Below are positions 49,406 through 59,359 of a stretch of DNA of 64,000 nucleotides, in pieces (the stretch's first letter is position 1; every line of letters begins with the position of its first letter). The position numbers and the translations under genes were made by a program. Source of the DNA: Candidatus Poribacteria bacterium (GTDB lineage Bacteria; Poribacteria; WGA-4E; WGA-3G). The notes under the pieces are model-generated. The model made no database searches. It had not been told where the DNA came from and saw only the letters and a program-made list of their open reading frames with translations. The stretch lies in contig OZ219753.1 of assembly GCA_964291315.2 (NCBI GenBank), positions 2,272,001 to 2,336,000 on the forward strand. Direction: 5' to 3'.

Positions 49406-50650
49406 GTGCTCAACAAAAGCTCTTTAGCCCATCGCAACATACCCATCACTATCATCGGGGGCGGCATCCATGGTATAACCATCGCCTTTCGGTTGCTTCG
49501 CGAAGCCCCGGTAGCAGCGAAACATCTTGCTATTGTTGATCGGTTCCCTCCACCCCTCACGCAATGGCGACGTAAAACGGAACGCCAAGGCATGATGTTT
49601 CTCCGCTCTCCGGCCGTCCATCATATCTCTGCTGACGCACTCGGCATTGTTGAATACGCCGAACGCCACAACCGCACTTCTGAATTAGCATCACCCTATT
49701 TCCAACCCTCTACCCAACTTTTTTGGGACTTCTGTAGCGATACACTTGCGGAGCTTGATCAACATCGGGTCTATTATCAATTTGATGTGACAAAATTACG
49801 TTGGGACAAAGGCGCAGGTCAATTTCCATTCCGTCTCATCTCAAAAGAAAATGATGGCTTTCGGAGTCGGTGTGTCATCCTCGCTGTTGGCGTTGACGAT
49901 TGCCCTTACATACCCCCGGAGTTTACCGAGTGGCAGTACCAGTATCCAGACAGAATTTTGCACGCTTCCGAATTTAATGTAGCTTGTCAGGATAAACGAG
50001 ACAATGAAGAATTTTTTGTTATTGTCGGAGGCGGGTTGACGGCCGGAACGCTCGCCAAAAGTCTAGGTGAACGAGGACACAGGGTCGCCCTGATTGCCCG
50101 GAACCGGCTCAAGACGGAACAATTTGATTTTCCGCCGGTGTGGCTAGGACCCAAGGCGCTGGCTGAATTCGCAAGCGAGACCAATTTTCAGCGGCGTTAC
50201 GACATAATTCAACAAAGCAGAGGGAAAGGGAGCATTACGCCTGATATTATGAAAGCCTTAAGGCGTGCCTCAAACATCGAGATGTATCCAGAGACTTGCA
50301 TCCAGAATATCGCCTCGGTCGGAGAAGGAAATCAACCACAGCGATTGAAGGTTAGCACAAATCGCCTGAACATTCTGAATGTGTCGTGTGTTATCTTGGC
50401 AACCGGCTATCAATTTGATTTGCACCGCTACGGGTTTTTGAAGACGTTAATCGAACAGCACAAGATTCCACTCGTGTGTGGGCTGCCCCGTCTTGATGCC
50501 GATTTACAACTCTATCCGGTCGAAAATCTATTCGGATCTGGCACTATCGCGCAACTTCAGATAGGTCCCGCTTCAGGCAACATCGCCGGGGCAAGTCTCG
50601 CGTATGAACGTCTACGGGAAAAGCTGCTTGGAATAGCAGTTAGTGGTTAG
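49406..50650 (+). CDS. FAD/NAD(P)-binding flavoprotein (lysine N6-hydroxylase-like)
   Basis: IIGGGIHG, LRSPAVHH, VGGGLTA, LATG, GP..GNIAGA. Confidence 0.8.
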   Translation: MLNKSSLAHRNIPITIIGGGIHGITIAFRLLREAPVAAKHLAIVDRFPPPLTQWRRKTERQGMMFLRSPAVHHISADALGIVEYAERHNRTSELASPYFQPSTQLFWDFCSDTLAELDQHRVYYQFDVTKLRWDKGAGQFPFRLISKENDGFRSRCVILAVGVDDCPYIPPEFTEWQYQYPDRILHASEFNVACQDKRDNEEFFVIVGGGLTAGTLAKSLGERGHRVALIARNRLKTEQFDFPPVWLGPKALAEFASETNFQRRYDIIQQSRGKGSITPDIMKALRRASNIEMYPETCIQNIASVGEGNQPQRLKVSTNRLNILNVSCVILATGYQFDLHRYGFLKTLIEQHKIPLVCGLPRLDADLQLYPVENLFGSGTIAQLQIGPASGNIAGASLAYERLREKLLGIAVSG

Positions 50651-50987
50651 CAAGTCTTGTGGCAGGTGATACCCTTACGGTCCCTACAAGCGGGTTACTG
50701 ACAACTGAGCTCGGAACGGCTTGACGGAAATCGATAGTCCTGCGTGTCAGTGCTTTTCGCTCTGCACAACATCCACAAGAGGGCTCCACTTTGGTAGATG
50801 TGATCGTTTTCTTCGATGGCATAGCAGATCGTGTAGATGTAGGCGACTTTACGGATGCCCCTGTCTTCGCCGGGGATTGCTTAACTTCCGTTTCAACGGG
50901 TGTATCGGTCGTGTAACCGATAAAAGCAACTAGTATTCCAATAATCGCAAGGGCAGTTACACCATAGCGTATGCGAGTTTCTTTCAT
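50640..50987 (-). CDS. Small membrane-anchored CxCC protein
   Basis: TM N-terminus, SCGCCAER motif; similar to 11536-11852. Confidence 0.65.
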   Translation of the reverse strand: MKETRIRYGVTALAIIGILVAFIGYTTDTPVETEVKQSPAKTGASVKSPTSTRSAMPSKKTITSTKVEPSCGCCAERKALTRRTIDFRQAVPSSVVSNPLVGTVRVSPATRLANH

Positions 50988-51743
50988 TTAGTTGCCCTCC
51001 ATGTGTTCAGGTTTATAGAATTCGTCACCACTTTCTATGGCCCGTTGTGTTACGGCGCGAAGGCGTGCCGCATGTTCAAAATTTCCTGCTTCTTCCATAT
51101 AATCGGCGACTTGATTCCCAATAGCAACTGGAATCTTGTCGCTTTTCAGGGCCGAAAGTATTAGTCGTTGGATTTTGATTGAGATAAAAGGGTTACCGCC
51201 TTGCATGTGAAGCGTCCCCCGTTCTTGATTTATTCTTAGCAGCTCTTCCTCGAGATCAAGAAGTCTGATCGCGACCCCCGGATTTCCATCCGCGTGGGGA
51301 ACTAGGGCTCTCATCTCAGCTTCAATTTCGCGAAGTCTTTGTGATGCTCTTCTTTTTTTATCTGCTGCTAAGGCTTCGGGCGAAGTTCCTCTTCGCTTTG
51401 GCGGCGGGACAACAACCGTCTCTATGGTTGTTGTTTCATCGGAAGCTTGATTATTATCGAAGTTGCCGTTTTGATGGAACTCAGTAACCGTAGGCGCTCC
51501 ATCAATTCGAGACGAGTGTTTTTGCTCTAACGAATTCTGTGTTTCAGCACCCGAACGCTGGGTTACTTGTATTTGATTACTGTTCTCTCTCTTTTCAAGA
51601 GGGACAGTCTTGTAGACCTTTATAGGCGGTGCCGTCTGCCTGAATAACCAAGCTGTTAATGTGGGTTCAAAGGCGATAATAGATAGAACGCCTATTAGCC
51701 CTAATATTCCGTAGAAGTAGTATTTTTCCAGAAAAGATAACAT
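50988..51743 (-). CDS. N-terminally anchored hypothetical protein
   Basis: TM N-terminus, PIKVYKTV linker, helical C-domain; GGAG RBS. Confidence 0.72.
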   Translation of the reverse strand: MLSFLEKYYFYGILGLIGVLSIIAFEPTLTAWLFRQTAPPIKVYKTVPLEKRENSNQIQVTQRSGAETQNSLEQKHSSRIDGAPTVTEFHQNGNFDNNQASDETTTIETVVVPPPKRRGTSPEALAADKKRRASQRLREIEAEMRALVPHADGNPGVAIRLLDLEEELLRINQERGTLHMQGGNPFISIKIQRLILSALKSDKIPVAIGNQVADYMEEAGNFEHAARLRAVTQRAIESGDEFYKPEHMEGN

Positions 51744-51772
51744 GCGTCAAAATCTCCACTTTTTTAACGGGA

Positions 51773-51803
51773 CCCTTGGCAACATATACACTATTGCCAA
51801 GGG
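51773..51803. promoter_or_regulatory. 10-bp inverted repeat hairpin
   Basis: cccttggcaa-11 nt-ttgccaaggg. Confidence 0.65.
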
Positions 51804-51834
51804 AATCCTGCTGATAAGGCGGTTTCCTCATCTT

Positions 51835-52105
51835 TTACGACGAGGAGGGTTCGTACGGCCAACTATCATACTGGCATGAATACCAGCTATGGGGCTTATT
51901 ATGTCCGTCACACCCCCAGATATGATCCGCCCAATGTTCATCATATTCATCGGTTCCGACTACATGCATCGCAGATGTCTTGGACACCGTCTTTACAATA
52001 TTCTATTTCTTCATAGTAAATGACCAAGCAAACTTCTCTAACATAGCAATCCGCGTAGTATCTGAAGGTGTAGGTAGGCGAACCACAGAAGCCTAATTGT
52101 ATCAT
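51835..52105 (-). pseudogene. Frameshifted Cys/His/Tyr-rich small protein
   Basis: Two overlapping frames: ...YADCYVREVCLVIYYEEIEYCKDGVQDICDAC (51947-52105) and MHVVGTDEYDEHWADHIWGCDGHNKPHSWYSCQYD... (51835-51969). Confidence 0.45.
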
Positions 52106-52216
52106 GAAATGGCGTTGTTCTCTGCGCCGGCCGTTCTACCCGCCTCGACGCATCTCGGAAAAATATTCGGGGACGTGCCTTACAAAACTATTAGGCTTGA
52201 GCTTAGAACAGTGAGT

Positions 52217-53146
52217 CTATCGCGTCAAGGCGTAGGCGACAACATTCATTCCTTGTTCGAATGCCCAGAGCCTTTGATCTTCACCTCCGGGTTCACAAGG
52301 TCTGCCTTCCCACGCGCAATTCAGATCGCTTGGACAGAAGTAGATAATCACGCGATCGTCATCCATAATCGCTTCGTCGTAGTCAGATATATCTGGAATC
52401 CGTTTATCGCCACCGAGGTATTCATCATGCTGATAAAGCGTGTGATAAATCGGGTGGCTCATTTCCAAGCGTTCAAACTTCTTCTCTGGATAAATCTGCT
52501 GGACCATCTCGTAGATGTACGGGCGCAAGCCGCCTCGGTAATTGTAAAGGCGGGCATCGCAGTCTTCTACATGGAGAAAACCGCCACGCTCAAAGTAATC
52601 CCTAAATTTTCGGACCTGTTCTGTAGAGAGGCGGATCCCTCTGTGTCCTGTCATATATAAAAACGGATAGGCGAATAACCCTTCATCGTCAATATCCACG
52701 TATTGTGGATGCTCGCGCACCTCGACATCAATAGTGGTATTTTCGGCAAGGACCTCCGTGAACTTCAAATCCGATTGCCACCGGTAGTAGTTAACAATAT
52801 TCGTGTACCAATCCCCCCCGGGATACTTGAGACGTACAAACGTAAATTTCTCGCCCGTTGGATTCATCTCCGGGTAGTGATGTTCAATTACGCCGTAGCG
52901 CGTCCCGTAATGAACGTCTCGTGCAGCATCGTACGGAATGTATTCTCGGAACCCCCATTGGGCTTCTGTAGGTAGAATTAAGCCACCCGCCGCGAGGGCA
53001 GAGGCGGCAAACCCGATTGAACCTTTCAAAAAGGAACGGCGCGACAGGGGTTTTGGCTCTGATGCCATGCTAGATACAAGCTCCCGCTTTTGGTTGTTTG
53101 CCTTCGATTTTTCGATAGATTTGGGGAGACGACTCTTATTCAACAT
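52217..53146 (-). CDS. DUF4159 domain protein with Tat signal
   Basis: SRRSFLK; FVRLKY, YPFLYMTGH, GGFL, HPIYH, GMNVVAYALT; GGAGGAG RBS before ATG 53146. Confidence 0.85.
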   Translation of the reverse strand: MLNKSRLPKSIEKSKANNQKRELVSSMASEPKPLSRRSFLKGSIGFAASALAAGGLILPTEAQWGFREYIPYDAARDVHYGTRYGVIEHHYPEMNPTGEKFTFVRLKYPGGDWYTNIVNYYRWQSDLKFTEVLAENTTIDVEVREHPQYVDIDDEGLFAYPFLYMTGHRGIRLSTEQVRKFRDYFERGGFLHVEDCDARLYNYRGGLRPYIYEMVQQIYPEKKFERLEMSHPIYHTLYQHDEYLGGDKRIPDISDYDEAIMDDDRVIIYFCPSDLNCAWEGRPCEPGGEDQRLWAFEQGMNVVAYALTR

Positions 53147-53222
53147 AATTTTTTCTCCTCCTATTCCAATGCCCATGGGCTCGAATCTGTTACATTTAAC
53201 GGTATACCTGCTTTATTATAAA

Positions 53223-54581
53223 CTAAAACCGGGAAAAAATCAAGATAGCATCCGAAATCGCTCGGCCCTCCTGTCTCGGTATCGGGCGAATTCGACGATT
53301 ACCGCGGGCAGTTCGCGTGTTTTTCTCCGCTGCACCTGCTTCCAATGGTACTTTATTATCCGGCCTCACGTCTTCAGAATCTTTCCTCTTAACACTTACG
53401 ACTTCGTCTCGAATGACTAACATTGATGAATTGCCGCCGTCTAGATTAAGGACGTCCGTGGCCCCCCACTCCAGAAAGAGCTCTGCTAGGTGGGGAAGCT
53501 TAACACCGCGTCGCACCCGCGCCTTTGATGCCGTTATTGTCACAAAAAGTAGGGTGCCATCTGCTTTTTTACCAATTCCCGTGCGTGGATGCCAAAAACT
53601 GTGGAATGTCCGATCAAACCCTTCAAGCTCGTACGCTTGCGTGGGCAAGACAGCCTGATCCTGTAGTAGCAACGGACCTCCACCAAGGATATGCGTAAAA
53701 CTGGCCCACAGATTGCTATCTCCAACGCGTTCGGGAATGATTTTTTCACGAATCTGCACCATATCCCCTTCCGAGACACGCGTCAGTAGATCCCTGCTCT
53801 TCTCACCACTTGCGGATAAAACATAACCGTCAGCAGGAATGCGCGAACTTCCCACTCCATTACGAATATTGGTTACCTCGCCCTTTCTCACAACGACCTC
53901 TATACCATCAGGCATTGTTAGCGTTACGGTATGAAAGTGCGGGCGGTAAATTATCAATTCGTTTCTACCACGCCCCCGATTTATCCCGTCAATTGACAGT
54001 ATTTCTCCGCTCTGCGAAAGGAGCTCCTGTCGCAGGGCTATTCTGTCAATGAACGACTCAATCTTTCCATCAACAGTCCGAAATCCAATGGCCGCCCTCC
54101 CCTGCTCGGGTTCGCTCACCCATTCACCGCCGATCTTCAGCGCACCAACAGACTCGCCTCGAAACGTTCCAACCATCTCAAAGAAACCGCCATTTATTGC
54201 AGCTAGTGCCTTGTGTCGCCGTGCAAGCGACACTAGTGACTCTGTGCCAATTCCCGCACTCAACGCCCGGTAAGGACGAATATCAACGGCATCAGGTGAG
54301 ACCGAAAGAATGTTCGTTAGCAAACCGTTGCGTAATATCTGCCGATGGATAACGCCTTGTGCGACCGTTTTTGTTATATCACTTCGTTCAAAATCTACAA
54401 TAGATCGAAAGTAATCGGTTATTTTGCTGAACTGACTTGTCTGTCCCACCCAAATACCCATACAAAAAATTAGCAGAAAGCCCACTATTGTGAAGATACG
54501 TGGACAGTTTCTAATAAAACGAAAACACCGCCGTCCTAAATAGGTAATATCAAACATTGTTTCTGAGCCGACAACCTGCAC
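53223..54581 (-). CDS. Phosphodiester glycosidase (NAGPA) family protein
   Basis: AAINGGFF, GGGPLL, HPRTGIG, NLDGGNSS. Confidence 0.88.
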   Translation of the reverse strand: MQVVGSETMFDITYLGRRCFRFIRNCPRIFTIVGFLLIFCMGIWVGQTSQFSKITDYFRSIVDFERSDITKTVAQGVIHRQILRNGLLTNILSVSPDAVDIRPYRALSAGIGTESLVSLARRHKALAAINGGFFEMVGTFRGESVGALKIGGEWVSEPEQGRAAIGFRTVDGKIESFIDRIALRQELLSQSGEILSIDGINRGRGRNELIIYRPHFHTVTLTMPDGIEVVVRKGEVTNIRNGVGSSRIPADGYVLSASGEKSRDLLTRVSEGDMVQIREKIIPERVGDSNLWASFTHILGGGPLLLQDQAVLPTQAYELEGFDRTFHSFWHPRTGIGKKADGTLLFVTITASKARVRRGVKLPHLAELFLEWGATDVLNLDGGNSSMLVIRDEVVSVKRKDSEDVRPDNKVPLEAGAAEKNTRTARGNRRIRPIPRQEGRAISDAILIFSRF

Positions 54582-55988
54582 CTAACAATCGACCCCTACT
54601 TCAGAAATCCGTTTTTCCCATTCGTCACATGTCGCGTAGGTACGCCGCACCGATGCCCCGAGGTAATTCGTCGGATCTCGGAGTGCTTCACGTTGGGGGG
54701 CAGTGAGTTTGTCAAGGAACGGACGAAACGTCTCATCTTCCCACAACAGTGTTGTCAGGCTTTTCCCTGTCTGATGCACAGCCCCGATTAACTTCCGAGT
54801 ATGGTCATACGCATCGGGGAATCCGTAATACGCCATTAACAGATAGATAGGCTCGGCGATCGTATCCTCCGCGCTCAGCGCGAGGTTGCGCCGCATGTTA
54901 TCCGCTTTAACATCCATCTCCTCCAATGCCCGCCGAAGTCGGTAGATAGCGTAATCGAACGCAGTGAACAACTCTGTCAAGAAACGGCTTGATGCCGAAT
55001 TCGTCAGATCGCGTTGGTGTTCCAAAATGCTGTCCATGAAAACCGTCTGCATACGGGGTACAAACGCTTTCCACAAGCTTTTGATATTTTCGTAGGTCTC
55101 TGGATTCACTTTGTGGGGCATCGTCGATGAACCGACCAATTGCGGATTATATTTCCTGCCGACCTCAGCAATTTCAGTTCGGTAGAGGTGTCGCATATCA
55201 TCAGCAAAGTTCGCAAGCACAGTATAAGCTGCCGTAATATGATATGCCAAGTCAGAGATAAACTCAGGTTCTACGCATTGCGTCGACGTGTGTGTATCGG
55301 AAGGTTTCAAACCGAGCAATGCTAGGAAATCCGATTCAATCCGTTCTGGATGCTCATGGATCAGTGTGAGTCCGTTAAACGCGCCGACTGCACCAGAGAA
55401 TTGTCCACGCAGGTTTTGACTCGCCTCATGAATCTTTTCAACCCGGGTACCGAGGCGACTCACATAAAGTGCTAATGAATAACCGAATGTTGTCGGTTCC
55501 GCGTGTTGCCCGTGGGTTCTCCCGATTTGCACCGTTTCGGCATGTTCACGCGCCAGTCCAATCAGTTGCTGTTCCAGAGCAACCAGATCCGGAATAATAA
55601 CCTTTTCTGTGAGTGCCTTAAACCGCAAAGCCGTGGCTGTATCCAATATATCTGCGGAGGTCGCGAATAGATGGACGTAGGGGCGCGCTTCAGCACTAAT
55701 CTTCCGCCGAATCACATTGACGAGTGAACGGATGTTATGTCGAATTCGGGACTGTTCTTCGTAGACCTCTTCCGCTGTCACTAGATCCACTGCCGCTTCC
55801 ACCTCGTCAGCGATCGCTGATGTACAGACATTGTAGTTTGCTAAGGTGCGTACTAATGCTGCCTCCACCTTCGCCTGATATGTAACGTAACCTGCTTCAG
55901 AGACATAAGGCAACAACCGCTTCATAAAATTAGGATCGCCGCCATAATACCTAAAGTCTAGAGGACTGACGGCTTCATAAAGTTCCAT
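54582..55988 (-). CDS. purB: Adenylosuccinate lyase
   Basis: SPLDFRY, GRTHGQHAEPTT, GSSTMPHKVNP, QRDLTNS. Confidence 0.9.
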   Translation of the reverse strand: MELYEAVSPLDFRYYGGDPNFMKRLLPYVSEAGYVTYQAKVEAALVRTLANYNVCTSAIADEVEAAVDLVTAEEVYEEQSRIRHNIRSLVNVIRRKISAEARPYVHLFATSADILDTATALRFKALTEKVIIPDLVALEQQLIGLAREHAETVQIGRTHGQHAEPTTFGYSLALYVSRLGTRVEKIHEASQNLRGQFSGAVGAFNGLTLIHEHPERIESDFLALLGLKPSDTHTSTQCVEPEFISDLAYHITAAYTVLANFADDMRHLYRTEIAEVGRKYNPQLVGSSTMPHKVNPETYENIKSLWKAFVPRMQTVFMDSILEHQRDLTNSASSRFLTELFTAFDYAIYRLRRALEEMDVKADNMRRNLALSAEDTIAEPIYLLMAYYGFPDAYDHTRKLIGAVHQTGKSLTTLLWEDETFRPFLDKLTAPQREALRDPTNYLGASVRRTYATCDEWEKRISEVGVDC

Positions 55989-56190
55989 AGAAAAATATAC
56001 CCCACTTTTTAGGTATAATTATACATGAAATTTAGGGGCCTGTAAAGCGGTTTTCATTTTGTACTTCAATGGAGGTATTAACAGAATTTTTTTTCTCCAA
56101 AAGGGACTCCCGAGGACCAACCACTCTGGGTTGCATTGGAAAATGTCACCTACACGGAGAAACGATATGTTTGTAGTTTCTAACAAAAAT

Positions 56191-56219
56191 TTGAAAATTT
56201 ATATCTCTTGTGATATAAT
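56191..56219 (+). promoter_or_regulatory. Sigma70-like promoter for the helicase-MTase operon
   Basis: TTGAAA-17-TATAAT with TG extension. Confidence 0.65.
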
Positions 56220-56254
56220 CCGATAAATGCTACGCAAGGAAAAAACGAACGCGT

Positions 56255-59200
56255 ATGAAAATTCCGACACTCATTGACAATGTAGAAGGCAACACCCTTC
56301 TGAAAGCTCTTGAAAACCTGCTTGTAAAAAGCGTTAGCTTGGATATAGCGACTGGAACATTTGAAATAGGCGTGTTTCTATCGCTCGGCGAGAAATGGCG
56401 GCATTTAGAGAGAATCCGCCTCCTGATGGGGGACGAGACCACACGGCGCACTAAAGAAGCACTCATCAAAACTCTTCAAGAAGTCACCGATGACAACATC
56501 GAATCTGTAAAAAAGCAAGACGACACTCTTCACGGACTAGCTGCTATCCGGGACGCTATTCGCAACGGACGAATTGTTGTCCGTGTTTATGACAAAGCCA
56601 AATTTCACGCGAAACTCAATTTGATGCACGCCCAAAACTCAAGTCTGGTTGACTTCGCGACCGTCGGCAGTTCCAACTTCACCACACCAGGACTCACCCA
56701 AAATGTTGAGTTAAATTCTTTCATTACGGATCCGACACATATTCAGAAACTCAACGCGTGGTTCGATGCCCGTTGGCAGGAGGCATCTGAAGTGAAAGAG
56801 GAGCTGCTCCGCACGGTCGAACGACACCTGAGGGCGTACCCGCCCTTTACCGTCTACGCCAAAGCACTCCATGCCTACTTCAGAGGGCGCGAGAAACCTG
56901 CAGATGCATGGGAAGAAAACGAATCGATGATCTACCGTACGCTTTCGCAATACCAAAAAGACGGTTACCACAGCGCTCTTCAGATAGCAGACACATGGAA
57001 CGGTGCCCTTATCTGTGACGGTGTCGGAAGCGGCAAAACTTACATCGGCTTGATGCTGCTTGAACGCTACCTCCGCGAAAACAAGCGGGTGCTGCTTATC
57101 ACGCCGAAATCGATTGCAGAAAGCGTTTGGCACAGTCAGATCAGTCGTCAACTCCAAGCCAGATACGGCCGCCTGCTCCGCGAACACTACGATATTAAGC
57201 TGCATACCGATCTCGGACGGCAAGGTGGGATTAACGATGAGGACCTCGAATACTTCCGCCACTACAAAGATGTTATTATTATAGACGAAGCACATCACTT
57301 TCGAAATCCACGTTCTAACCGCGGCCAACTCTTGATGGAACTCGCTAAGAACAAAAAACTCTATCTCCTCACCGCCACTCCAATTAATAACAGTCTCGAC
57401 GATATATACCATCTGATTAACTATTTCGCACAGGATAATAAAAATCATTTTTCCGAGCTCGGCGTATATGATTTCCGTAAACATTTTCTCGATATTGAAC
57501 GACAACTTGAGAATGAAGACACCGAAATTGCCGAACAGGTCGAAGAAGACGACGTTTTACGTCAAGACCCATTATTGAAACAGGTACTCATCCAGCGAAG
57601 TCGCGCGTATATCAAAGACGCTGATATCGAATCCGGGACGCAGATCCTGTTTCCAAAACGCGTCATCGAACCAACAGTGAACTACTCGCTCCGCCGGGTC
57701 TATCGGACGCTCTATGAGGAGCTACAAGAAGCTTTTAGCAAAGATTACCCATTTTTAAATTTAGCAATTTACAATACAGTTAGGTATCACAAGAACCCGG
57801 AAAGACACATTGAAAACCGGGAAAAACAAATTATCGGTCTCATCCGAACACTTGTACTCAAACGTTTAGAAAGCTCATGGCGAGCATTTGAGGCGACTGT
57901 TGAAAATTTGCTTCTGAACATGGCGGTCTGGCTCCAAAAATACGCCCCCAAACGTTTTGAGATGTGGGAAGGTACCAATCAGAGATGGTGGAGCGTCGTT
58001 CAGAAACATATCCGGGCAAGACTTCAAAGCGACGGAATCTCATCGCAGCTGTCCCCGGAAAACTTGAAGCGTGCTGTGGTATCGAACCCTTCTGAAGAAG
58101 ACGATGACCTCGCTTCACTTGAAACAGAGGACGATTTCATACCTGCACACCACAATGTGGACAGTTTGTTTGACGATGTCGTTGACGATATGAATTTTTT
58201 GACAGGACTCCTCAGTCGAATGTATAGGCTCTTTTATGCCGACCAGCTCGCAAATGAGCCCGCTACAGAACAAGATGACAAACTCCAGCAGCTCTTGAAG
58301 CTTCTCAAACGGCACCCGAATGAAAAATCCCTCGTTTTCACAGAATTCTGTGATACCGCTCGCTATCTATATACCCAGCTGCAGCGCGCCCGGTTTAAGC
58401 ACGTTGAACAAATTGATAGCCGCCGGAAAGTAGATCGCGAGGAAATTATTCAACGTTTTTCGCCTTGCTATAACGGGGCATCCCCGGAAGCCGTTGATCC
58501 CGTCCATACGCTCATCACAACAGACGTTCTGGCAGAAGGACTTAACCTACAAGACGCAGCTATCATTATCAATTACGACTTGCATTGGAACCCTGTCCGC
58601 CTTATGCAACGGATCGGTCGATTAGACCGCCGACTTGACCCGGCAATTGAAGCCCGCCTTAACCGAACCGACCCTACTGTCCATGTCTGGAATTTCTTAC
58701 CGCCTCAGGAACTTGACGTTCTCCTTAAGCTCCGAAGGCGGGTTGACGGTAAAATCCTCCGGATTAGCCGGACCCTCGGCATCGAAGGAAAGTTCGTTTC
58801 ACCGGATGACGACGATGAAACCCTCCGTCTCTTCAACGAACGTTACGACGGCACAGAGAGCATAGAGGAATTGATGAATCTTGAGCGGCAACGTATCTCC
58901 GAAACGTATCCTGAGTTGTGGAAACAGCTGCCAACCCTTCCTCTGCGCCTCTTTTCTGGCAAGGCTATAACAGAGCATCCCCCGCCTTTCCTCAACCGGA
59001 ACGGCACCTCTATTCCAATCGAACGCATCGAGACTACAGGAATCTTCTGCTGCTACGAAATGCCAAACTGTGAAGTCAAATGGTACTTCTATGCCGACAA
59101 AACAGGAGAAGTCTTTGATAACCTCGAGGAGATTTGGCCGGAAATCCGCTGCGATCAAAATACGGAACGCCGGACTGAAAGAGAACCCAGCAGCCTCAAA

Positions 59201-59359
59201 GACGCACGCAAACACATCGAACGCTACACCCGTTCCTATCTGAAAAACATACAAGCACCGATGGAAACAAATCCTAAACTTATCGCATGGATGGAGATCT
59301 CTGGCCAGCCAGAAAAGTCCTGTGAGCTAACCCTTGAGGAATACCAATGCCAAACATAA
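56255..59359 (+). CDS. PLD-nuclease / SNF2-family helicase fusion
   Basis: FHAK...GSSN PLD motif; DGVGSGKT, DEAH, TATP, EGLNLQ, QRIGRLDR. Confidence 0.9.
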   Translation: MKIPTLIDNVEGNTLLKALENLLVKSVSLDIATGTFEIGVFLSLGEKWRHLERIRLLMGDETTRRTKEALIKTLQEVTDDNIESVKKQDDTLHGLAAIRDAIRNGRIVVRVYDKAKFHAKLNLMHAQNSSLVDFATVGSSNFTTPGLTQNVELNSFITDPTHIQKLNAWFDARWQEASEVKEELLRTVERHLRAYPPFTVYAKALHAYFRGREKPADAWEENESMIYRTLSQYQKDGYHSALQIADTWNGALICDGVGSGKTYIGLMLLERYLRENKRVLLITPKSIAESVWHSQISRQLQARYGRLLREHYDIKLHTDLGRQGGINDEDLEYFRHYKDVIIIDEAHHFRNPRSNRGQLLMELAKNKKLYLLTATPINNSLDDIYHLINYFAQDNKNHFSELGVYDFRKHFLDIERQLENEDTEIAEQVEEDDVLRQDPLLKQVLIQRSRAYIKDADIESGTQILFPKRVIEPTVNYSLRRVYRTLYEELQEAFSKDYPFLNLAIYNTVRYHKNPERHIENREKQIIGLIRTLVLKRLESSWRAFEATVENLLLNMAVWLQKYAPKRFEMWEGTNQRWWSVVQKHIRARLQSDGISSQLSPENLKRAVVSNPSEEDDDLASLETEDDFIPAHHNVDSLFDDVVDDMNFLTGLLSRMYRLFYADQLANEPATEQDDKLQQLLKLLKRHPNEKSLVFTEFCDTARYLYTQLQRARFKHVEQIDSRRKVDREEIIQRFSPCYNGASPEAVDPVHTLITTDVLAEGLNLQDAAIIINYDLHWNPVRLMQRIGRLDRRLDPAIEARLNRTDPTVHVWNFLPPQELDVLLKLRRRVDGKILRISRTLGIEGKFVSPDDDDETLRLFNERYDGTESIEELMNLERQRISETYPELWKQLPTLPLRLFSGKAITEHPPPFLNRNGTSIPIERIETTGIFCCYEMPNCEVKWYFYADKTGEVFDNLEEIWPEIRCDQNTERRTEREPSSLKDARKHIERYTRSYLKNIQAPMETNPKLIAWMEISGQPEKSCELTLEEYQCQT

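Noticed and set aside
56711-57505. 264-aa antisense ORF and other long shadow ORFs
   Set aside because: They lie opposite well-supported genes and carry no recognisable motifs
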